A stretch of 64,000 bases of DNA from an uncultured Bdellovibrionales bacterium (GTDB taxonomy: Bacteria > Patescibacteriota > Minisyncoccia > Moranbacterales > UBA1568). The notes under the pieces are model-generated. The model made no database searches. It saw nothing but the letters and a program-made list of their open reading frames with translations, and was not told the origin of the DNA. The position numbers were made by a program, and so were the translations under genes. Positions 57,170-64,000 of this stretch are shown here, one piece after another; positions within the stretch are counted from its first letter, which is position 1, and each line of letters starts with the position of its first letter. The stretch covers positions 131,826-195,825 of the forward strand of contig CAZCNN010000001.1 in NCBI GenBank assembly GCA_964500505.1, given 5' to 3'.

Positions 57170-57274
57170 AGTTTTGATAGATTCTTTGACTTCAGTATAG
57201 CAGAAAATATCCCCGGGAAACAGGGCCTCTCTGGCTCGTTTCTGCCAAATCTCTCCCTATGCTAGAATCGGAAT

Positions 57275-57700
57275 ATGTCACAATCTCTCCTCCCCACTGG
57301 TATGGTTTTTGGTGTTTTTGATGGATTTCATCCTGGACACCAGTTTTTCCTCTCGCAAGCTCGAGCACGCTGTGAGAAACTCGTCGTCGTGGTCGCCCTC
57401 TCGGAGGTAGTCGAGCGGATGAAGAAGCGTCCGCCACTCTATAGCTACGAAGAGCGCGTGGCTCGCATAGAGGAGTTCGATAGTAGCCTCACGGTGGTCC
57501 CGAGTGACCCTGGTCTCGGTGACTGGCAGGTACTCAAAGATCACCAGCCTGATATCGTATTCCTCGGGTATGATCAGGTCGCTCTCGGCCAAGCCCTCTC
57601 AGATATCTCCATGCCCCACACCTTTATCGACTCGCACCACCCCGAAAAATACAAGTCCGGTTTGCTCCGTTCGGCGCAAGAAACTCAGGAGGGCAATTGA
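57275..57700 (+). CDS. Cytidylyltransferase-family nucleotidyltransferase (RibL-like)
   Basis: GVFDGFHPGH (HxGH), LVVVVA, PDIVFLGYDQ, YKS. Confidence 0.85.
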   Translation: MSQSLLPTGMVFGVFDGFHPGHQFFLSQARARCEKLVVVVALSEVVERMKKRPPLYSYEERVARIEEFDSSLTVVPSDPGLGDWQVLKDHQPDIVFLGYDQVALGQALSDISMPHTFIDSHHPEKYKSGLLRSAQETQEGN

Positions 57701-57748
57701 CGGATTGGCTCAAATTCATTAGACTACACACTGTTATGTGAAAATCAT

Positions 57749-57824
57749 GGGTGCGTAGCTCAGTCGGTAGAGCAGTGGCCTTTTAAGCCAACGGTCGAGG
57801 GTTCGATTCCCCCCGCACCCACCA
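57749..57824 (+). tRNA. tRNA-Lys (anticodon TTT)
   Basis: GGGTGCG/CGCACCC acceptor, GCTC/GAGC D-arm, CTTTTAA loop, TTCGATT, encoded CCA. Confidence 0.97.
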
Positions 57825-58009
57825 GACGAAAAGTCCCCGTAAGGGGATTTTTGTTTTGGGGTAGGAGGAAGCCAACTGCTTGGCTTACGAGAGGGATGAG
57901 AAAGGCGGAGTGATATTTCGCGAGCACGCGAAACCACGAGCCGGGGTCGCGGAAATATGGCCACGTCGGTGGACAGATTATCTGTGACCGATTCCCCCCG
58001 CACCCACCA
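57804..58009 (+). mobile_element. Miniature tRNA-integrated element: 21-bp direct repeat of the tRNA-Lys 3' end around a 164-bp structured insert
   Basis: CGATTCCCCCCGCACCCACCA at 57804-57824 and 57989-58009. Confidence 0.7.
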
Positions 58010-58012
58010 ATC

Positions 58013-58043
58013 AAAAAAAAGACCCTATTTCAGGGTCTTTTTT
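58013..58043. terminator. Bidirectional terminator between the tRNA-Lys unit and serS
   Basis: A8-GACCCT-atttc-AGGGTC-T6. Confidence 0.8.
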
Positions 58044-58060
58044 CTTTCTAACTAGGCATT

Positions 58061-59383
58061 CTACCCCTTCGGTCGAATCACATCCTTGCCGACAAAGGGA
58101 CGGAGGACTTCGGGGACGATGACTGAGCCATCAGCCTGTTGGTAGTTCTCGAGGATTGAGATAAAGATACGCGGGCTCGGGAGAGCTGTGTTGTTGAGCA
58201 TGTAGACATGCTTCTTGTCGCCGTTCTCGTCCTTGTACTTCACATTGAGACGACGTGACTGCCAGTCGAGGAAGTTCGAGGCTGATCCTGTCTCTCCGTA
58301 ACGGTTCATCCCTGGCATCCAGGCTTCGAGGTCAAAGGCACGGTATTTGCCGGCGCTCATGTCACCGCTACAAATCTGGATCTTGCGGTATGGGAGACCG
58401 AGCTCACGATGCATCTCTTCGGAGACAGCGATCATTTCTTCCTGAAGCTGGTTGGCCAGTTCGATATCGGCCGGACAGAGGACGACCTGCTCAACTTTCA
58501 TGAACTCATGTACGCGGTACATGCCCTTGGTGTCCTTACCATAGCTCCCAATCTCACTGCGATAGCACTGACTGAACCCCGCGAGGCGGAGTGGCAGCGT
58601 CGCACCATCAAGCACTTCGCCCGAATAGTACGCGAGGAGTGATGGCTCGGCAGTCCCGACCAAGAACTTGGCTTCTTTGGAGACACTCCCATCGGCTTCT
58701 TTGTCTGAGGTAGCGACCTGATAGATCTCATCGACGCCACCATCATATTCGAGTCCCTTGAAGTAGCCACTACCAAAGAGCGGAAAGCCCTTGACCAAAG
58801 TCGGTGGAATCATCGGAGCAAATCCCTTCGCGACCATTTTCTGAATAGCATAGAGCATCACACCCATGACGAGGAGCGTCCCTTCGTTCTTGAGATAATA
58901 GCCCCGATAGCCAGACACCTTGGTCCCCCGCTCGAGGTCGAGGATATCGAGCATCTGGCCGAGTTCGATGTGGGTGCGCGGAGTGAAATCAAACGACTTT
59001 ATCTCGCCGTACTTTCCGACTTCTTGATTCTCAGCATCACTCTTGCCCCGTGGGGTATCTGGAGAAATGATATTGGGTACCTGGGCCATAAGCACTTCGT
59101 ACTCATCTTTCACCCGAGCGAAGAGTGGTTCGAGCGCCTCGGTTTTTTGCTTGATTTCTTTGCCTTTCTCGATCACTTCGGCCCGCTCTTCGGGAGTCTT
59201 CGCCTGCTTGATGAGGTCATTGATATCATTCTTGAGCGACTGGAGCTCTTCAATTTCTTGGAGAAGTGCGATCCGCTCTCGGTCCTTGGCCAAAAGAACA
59301 TCAATATCGACTGACAGATTCTTGGCGGAGACAGCCGCTTTGACGGCATCGACATTGTTTCGGATGAATGCGATATCAAGCAT
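58061..59383 (-). CDS. serS: Serine--tRNA ligase
   Basis: MLDIAFIR, GTAE, YRSEIGSYGKDTKGMYRVHEF, DLEAWMP, R..I.ILENYQ. Confidence 0.97.
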   Translation of the reverse strand: MLDIAFIRNNVDAVKAAVSAKNLSVDIDVLLAKDRERIALLQEIEELQSLKNDINDLIKQAKTPEERAEVIEKGKEIKQKTEALEPLFARVKDEYEVLMAQVPNIISPDTPRGKSDAENQEVGKYGEIKSFDFTPRTHIELGQMLDILDLERGTKVSGYRGYYLKNEGTLLVMGVMLYAIQKMVAKGFAPMIPPTLVKGFPLFGSGYFKGLEYDGGVDEIYQVATSDKEADGSVSKEAKFLVGTAEPSLLAYYSGEVLDGATLPLRLAGFSQCYRSEIGSYGKDTKGMYRVHEFMKVEQVVLCPADIELANQLQEEMIAVSEEMHRELGLPYRKIQICSGDMSAGKYRAFDLEAWMPGMNRYGETGSASNFLDWQSRRLNVKYKDENGDKKHVYMLNNTALPSPRIFISILENYQQADGSVIVPEVLRPFVGKDVIRPKG

Positions 59384-59434
59384 ATGGGTAGCTTATAACT
59401 TTTAGCTTCACTAGCCTATAGAATTCTAAAAATT

Positions 59435-59511
59435 TGGTGGTCGCACCTGGACTCGAACCAGGGACCTCTGCAATGTGAATGCAGCATTCTAACCAACTGA
59501 ACTATGCGACC
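59435..59511 (-). tRNA. tRNA-Val (anticodon CAC)
   Basis: GGTCGCA/TGCGACC acceptor, CTGCA-TTCACAT-TGCAG, TTCGAGT, encoded CCA. Confidence 0.97.
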
Positions 59512-59526
59512 AAATTTTTGACACTC

Positions 59527-60987
59527 TTACTCTTTGTCTTTCATCGGCGGAAAGATGACCGTCTCGCGGATGGAACGGTTCATGAGGATAGCAAAGAGTC
59601 GCTCGCTCATCCCAAACCCGCAAGCTGGTGGCATGCCGTACTCAAGCGCCTGGATAAAATCCTCGTCAAGCATCATCCCCTCTTTGTCGCCAGCATCACG
59701 GAGCTTCATCTGCTCCTCAAAGCGAGCCCGCTGATCGATCGGGTCGTTGAGCTCTGCAAAGCCGTTCCCGAGCTCACTCTTCCCAGCAATCGGCTGAAAA
59801 CGGAGGGTTCGGCGAGGATTGTTCGGGTCGAGTTTGGCAAGCGGCGACACTTCGAGTGGATGTCCCACCAAGAAACACGGCTGAAGCAATTTCTGACGCA
59901 CCGTTTTCTTGTAGATGGTATCAATCATGCGGCCCTTGCCGTAGTTCTTTTCGTACTTGATATGGAGTTCATCGGCTTTCTTCTGGAGCTCCGCGACGGT
60001 CACCTCGCCAGAGAGATCAATCCCCGTTTCTTTCTGAAACTCAGTGAAATAATCAACGCGAGGGAAGTCCACGTTCCAATCAATCGTCACGTCTTCATAG
60101 GTAGTCTGCATACTCTCACCAACCACGGCTCGAACGATGTCCTTGTAGAGGCGTTCGACGAGCGCCATGCCCTGCTCCATGTTCATGTAGGCAGCGTAAA
60201 ACTCCATGTGATCAAACTCCTGGAGGTGCTCACGGTCGATGCCCTCATTGCGGAAGACGCGACCAATCTCAAACACGCGTTCATAACCACCGACGAGGAG
60301 ACGCTTGAGCGCGAGCTCAAGTGAGATACGGAGATAGAAGTCGGCATCGAGGGCATTGTGATGCGTCACAAATGGTTCGGCTTCGGCGCCTCCAGGGATG
60401 TGTTCGAGGACTGGGGTCTGGACTTCGAGGAAACGCTCCTCGGAAAGAATCCGTCGGACCGTCTGCCAAAAGGCGTTTTTCTTCACAAAGAGATCGCGTG
60501 TCTCCTGATTCATGAGGAGGTCGAGGTAACGACGACGGAGGAGCTCTTCTTCGTCCTTCAATCCATAGAATTCACTCGGGATAGGACGGAGAGACTTACA
60601 GATCATCTGCCAAGACTCGACGCGAATACTCTTCTCATCTTGCTTGGTGAGAAAGACTGCACCCGTGAGCGCGAGGAAATCACCGAGGTCGACCGTCTCT
60701 TTGAACAATTTGAAAGACTCGTCACCAAGGGTCTCAAGTGCAAAAAATCCCTGTACCCGACCGCTCCCGTCTTCGACATGACAAAAGGCAATCTTGCCCA
60801 TGACCCGGAGCGACTTAACGCGTCCGACGACTGAGACCGGAGTCGCAGCGCTTTCAAGCGCTGTGAAATCCCGGAGCACCTCGGCGCTAGTATGAGTCCG
60901 AGTGACCGTGTCAGGATAGGCCGTCTTGGCGGCTCCTGTAATCTTCTCGAGCTTTTCGAGTTTGGTTGTGAGAATATCTTCACGCAT
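59527..60987 (-). CDS. lysS: Lysine--tRNA ligase (class II)
   Basis: RRRYLDL, GGAEAEPF, YLRISLEL, FRNEG, LEYGMPP..GFG. Confidence 0.98.
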   Translation of the reverse strand: MREDILTTKLEKLEKITGAAKTAYPDTVTRTHTSAEVLRDFTALESAATPVSVVGRVKSLRVMGKIAFCHVEDGSGRVQGFFALETLGDESFKLFKETVDLGDFLALTGAVFLTKQDEKSIRVESWQMICKSLRPIPSEFYGLKDEEELLRRRYLDLLMNQETRDLFVKKNAFWQTVRRILSEERFLEVQTPVLEHIPGGAEAEPFVTHHNALDADFYLRISLELALKRLLVGGYERVFEIGRVFRNEGIDREHLQEFDHMEFYAAYMNMEQGMALVERLYKDIVRAVVGESMQTTYEDVTIDWNVDFPRVDYFTEFQKETGIDLSGEVTVAELQKKADELHIKYEKNYGKGRMIDTIYKKTVRQKLLQPCFLVGHPLEVSPLAKLDPNNPRRTLRFQPIAGKSELGNGFAELNDPIDQRARFEEQMKLRDAGDKEGMMLDEDFIQALEYGMPPACGFGMSERLFAILMNRSIRETVIFPPMKDKE

Positions 60988-61024
60988 ATAGACCCATAAT
61001 AGCCTCTCCTAAAGCAAAAAGCAA

Positions 61025-61057
61025 CCCGCCTACAGCGCTAGGGCGCAGTATGGCGGG
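61025..61057. repeat. CCCGCC...GGCGGG hairpin element
   Basis: CCCGCC-TAC-a-GCGC-tagg-GCGC-a-GTA-t-GGCGGG. Confidence 0.6.
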
Positions 61058-61108
61058 CATGGCCCTATTTCAGAGAGGGCGGCTTTCAGAATTTTCAGAG
61101 ACACAACA

Positions 61109-61564
61109 CTAGTTCACAGAGAGGATTTCGTACTTGACGGTGGCGGCGGGAGTGGTCACTTCTACTTTGTCGCCCTTGCCCTTGCCCAAAAAGGCCTGGC
61201 CGAGTGGGGATTCGTTAGAAATCTTGCCAGCGGCTGGATCTACTTCGTTCGAACCCACGATTTCAAAATTAAATTCTTTGCCTCCAACTTTGACGGCAAG
61301 CTTGGAGCCCATACCGATGGTCTCAGTGCTCTTGTGCTTCTCGGCCACCACCGAGTCCTTGAGCATACTCTCAAGCTCAGCAATGCGTGATTCGTTTTCG
61401 TTCTGATGATTTTTGGCTTCACTATATTCGGCGTTTTCGGAGAGGTCGCCCTGCTCCTTGGCTTCTTTGATGGCATCGGCAATCTCGTGGCGGATTTTGG
61501 TCTTCCGCTCTTCGAGTTCGGTCTGCAATTTTTTGAGCCCTTCCGGAGTAAATATTTTTGCCAT
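61109..61564 (-). CDS. greA: Transcription elongation factor GreA
   Basis: GDLSENAEY, ISNESPLGQAFLG; TTGACA-16-TAGTAT promoter at 61630-61657. Confidence 0.97.
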   Translation of the reverse strand: MAKIFTPEGLKKLQTELEERKTKIRHEIADAIKEAKEQGDLSENAEYSEAKNHQNENESRIAELESMLKDSVVAEKHKSTETIGMGSKLAVKVGGKEFNFEIVGSNEVDPAAGKISNESPLGQAFLGKGKGDKVEVTTPAATVKYEILSVN

Positions 61565-61691
61565 AAAAGCGTGTTGATACAAAAGAAAATTCTCTCCCAA
61601 GAGGAAAGAATGGAATTAAGAGTTCCTCAATACTACCAAAATACGAGGAATTGTCAATCCTCATTTTTATGGCTTATAATAGCAAAAATAT

Positions 61692-63578
61692 CTATTTCTC
61701 GCGGTTGAAATACCATTGATAGACCTCTTTGGTCACCGGGACGGCATTGTAACCCTCCTCTCCCTGTCCCTCGACAAGGACAATGATGGCGAGCTCGGGC
61801 GCTTCAAACGGTGCAAAGGACACAAACCAACCGTGCGTCTTGTCCTCGTTGCCGAACTGAGCGGTGCCGGTCTTGCCGGCCACAGCAACGGGGAGATCAG
61901 CCAACTGCTGGGCCGTCCCCTCGGTCACGGTCTCCCGCATACCCTCGCGCACGATACGGAGGATATTGGCATCAATGAATTTCTCCCGAATGATCCGCGT
62001 CGGCACGGCTGTCACTTTGCCGTCATAAGAGCGAATCTGGGAAACGATGCGCGGTTCGTAGAGCGTCCCGCCATTGGCGATAGCGACGATGGAGTTGAGG
62101 ATTTGAAGCGGAGTGGCTGTCACATAGCCCTGACCAATCGACGAGTTGTAGTCATCACCGATGTACCAACGTTCACCAATCTTTGTTTGTTTCCAAGTAG
62201 CATCCGGCAAAAGTCCCGTGACCTCACCGCCGACATCGATGCCAGTCTTGGCTCCATACCCAAAGAGCTCCTCATACTTTTTCATCCGGTTCATCCCGAG
62301 TCCCTGTATCCCGCCATATCCCCCGCCAATAGAATAGAAAAATACATCGCTCGACACAGCGATAGCTCTCCTGATATCGGTAAAGCCGTGAACTTTCCAG
62401 TCACCAAAGAAGAATCGTCCGACATTGATCCCTCCCCGACTCTCTATCTGCGTATGTTCATCCACCACCCCCTCAGTGAGAGCAGCCGCCGCGAGGACTG
62501 GCTTGATAGTCGATCCAGGTGGGTAGGCTCCGGCCACCACCCGATTGAAGAGAGGCTCCGATGGATCATTCAGAAGTGCGCGATAGTCCTCGCCAGAGAT
62601 TCCCCCAGCAAAGAGATTATTGTCGAAACTCGGGAGACTGACGAGTGCCCGTACGGCGCCACTCCGCGGATCGATAGCGACCGCTCCAGCCCGCTTCAAA
62701 TCATTCTTCTCGAGAATCGTCTGGAGACTATCAAAAATTTTCTTCTGAAGGTCGGCATCGATATTAAGGATGAGGTCCTGTCCGGGGACTGGCTGGACAA
62801 CGCCGAGCTCTTTCTTGACCTTGCCAAAGGCATCCACCTCAACCCGCTCCCACCCGTGCTTGCCACGGAGAGCCGACTCGTAGCTCTTTTCTATCCCCTG
62901 TTTGCCAATCGAATCAGTGAGGAGATAGTCCGGGTGCGCCTCGAGCTCTTCTTTGCGAATCTTGCCCTCGTAACCAAGGATATGAGAAAAGATGAGGCTA
63001 TCGAGATACTGACGACGGGTCGTCTGATAGAGGCCTACTCCGGGGAGTTCATGGCTCTGACTCAGATACAGGAGCGTCTCTTCTTGACCGATACGTTCCT
63101 TGAGGAGAATCGGGAGAGTCGAACGCCGGTCCAACTTGGCAAAGGCGTTGTCGATGACCTCACTCTCGAGACCAAAGAGCGTCGCCATCCGACGCTTCAG
63201 TTCGGCCTGGGCTCCTTCATCCGTCGGTACGTCAGCGGGTACGAGCACCGCGTCGACACTGGGGATATTCTGGACCAGGGGCTTACCTGTAATGTCGTAC
63301 ATAATCCCTCGAGGGGCTGGGATGATGAGCGCCCGGAGGCTGTTCTTGAGCGCGATGAGACTGTATTCTTCGCCTTTGATGACGCTCAAGAAAAATATCC
63401 GTCCACCGAGTACGACGAGAAAGAGTATCATCCCCATGAGAAACCAGCGTGAGACTGATCGATTGAGAGGCCATTCCATTTTGACCGCGTCCTTTTCGGA
63501 GAGGGTGAGGACGGCATCATCAATCTCCATACTTCCCCGCTCATGGAGGAGTTCGTCTTTGCGAATAAAGAGTTTCAT
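61692..63578 (-). CDS. mrdA: Penicillin-binding protein 2
   Basis: APRG, YPPGSTIK (SxxK), SSDVFFY, IGQG, GKTGTAQ; downstream of the mreD-like gene. Confidence 0.95.
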   Translation of the reverse strand: MKLFIRKDELLHERGSMEIDDAVLTLSEKDAVKMEWPLNRSVSRWFLMGMILFLVVLGGRIFFLSVIKGEEYSLIALKNSLRALIIPAPRGIMYDITGKPLVQNIPSVDAVLVPADVPTDEGAQAELKRRMATLFGLESEVIDNAFAKLDRRSTLPILLKERIGQEETLLYLSQSHELPGVGLYQTTRRQYLDSLIFSHILGYEGKIRKEELEAHPDYLLTDSIGKQGIEKSYESALRGKHGWERVEVDAFGKVKKELGVVQPVPGQDLILNIDADLQKKIFDSLQTILEKNDLKRAGAVAIDPRSGAVRALVSLPSFDNNLFAGGISGEDYRALLNDPSEPLFNRVVAGAYPPGSTIKPVLAAAALTEGVVDEHTQIESRGGINVGRFFFGDWKVHGFTDIRRAIAVSSDVFFYSIGGGYGGIQGLGMNRMKKYEELFGYGAKTGIDVGGEVTGLLPDATWKQTKIGERWYIGDDYNSSIGQGYVTATPLQILNSIVAIANGGTLYEPRIVSQIRSYDGKVTAVPTRIIREKFIDANILRIVREGMRETVTEGTAQQLADLPVAVAGKTGTAQFGNEDKTHGWFVSFAPFEAPELAIIVLVEGQGEEGYNAVPVTKEVYQWYFNREK

Positions 63579-63580
63579 AG

Positions 63581-64000
63581 CTAGCGTATATTGCGAAATT
63601 GGCGCTCGCTCATCTGTCTCACAAAAGTCTCAAATCGGGAGATGCCTGCTACCGTAAGCATAAACACTGGGAGAAAAACAAGCAACGAAAAAATCAAACT
63701 CTCATCGGTAGGAGTCGAGAATCCAAAGACTCGCTTCATCCCACCCTCAACCGAAAGCGCTCCGTATAAAAATTGGTAAAAGAGCGCCGCGAGATAGGAG
63801 AGGAGTCCATAGAGTACCACACCGATACCCTGATGCTCAAGAAGGAGGCGGCGGAGGAGAAAGCTCGTGACGTAGGAGAAAACGACCGCGTAGACCGAGA
63901 ACCACGTCACTCCCCCAAAGGTCACCGCATCATAGAGGAGCGTGAGGGGCACAACCACCAAGAGTGCAGAGGGGAAATTGCGGGCTAGCGTGAGCGAAGC
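63581..64000 (-). CDS. mreD: MreD-like membrane protein (5' end outside the window)
   Basis: Hydrophobic ORF with LLYD in a TM helix, directly upstream of mrdA. Confidence 0.6.
   Translation of the reverse strand, partial: ASLTLARNFPSALLVVVPLTLLYDAVTFGGVTWFSVYAVVFSYVTSFLLRRLLLEHQGIGVVLYGLLSYLAALFYQFLYGALSVEGGMKRVFGFSTPTDESLIFSLLVFLPVFMLTVAGISRFETFVRQMSERQFRNIR

Noticed and set aside
57945-57963. GGTCGCGGAAATATGGCCA in the tRNA-Lys insert resembles GGTCGCGAATATACGAGCCA in the PaaX site
   Set aside because: Short and needs gaps. It could be chance and cannot support a link without a genome-wide test.
61716-63452. 578-aa plus-strand ORF
   Set aside because: Antisense shadow of mrdA with no motifs; a product of codon bias.

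Overview
A 64-kb chromosomal segment that most likely comes from a Patescibacteria/CPR bacterium (Parcubacteria, Moranbacteria-like). This is inferred from gene content and style, not from a database search. Most genes are on the minus strand. Housekeeping genes cover division and peptidoglycan (ftsA-like, mraY, D,D-carboxypeptidase, ddl, murB/C/G, ftsW, mrdA, mreD-like), glycolysis and fermentation (eno, pgk, ADP-forming acetate-CoA ligase), translation (rpmA, rplI, queA, trmD, frr, serS, lysS, hpf/raiA), plus greA, scpAB, pyrG, secA and rseP. There are three tRNAs: Ala-CGC, Lys-TTT and Val-CAC. A surface-glycan region at about 37-54 kb is interrupted by orphan genes. The main points of interest are: (1) a lone PaaX/Cas2-like gene bracketed by two 35-bp quasi-palindromic sites whose central dinucleotides are flipped (GT vs AC); (2) short structured inserts between tRNA-Lys or tRNA-Ala and a duplicated tRNA 3' end; (3) two paralogous giant pilin-adhesin fusions; (4) six orphan genes with strong Shine-Dalgarno signals that the core genes lack, one being a LysM plus beta-barrel-like protein; (5) several small palindromic and heptamer repeat families, two of them inserted in frame in secA and trmD. 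No CRISPR array, integrase, transposase or rRNA was seen. Many start codons were moved from the ORF track to the more plausible downstream ATG.
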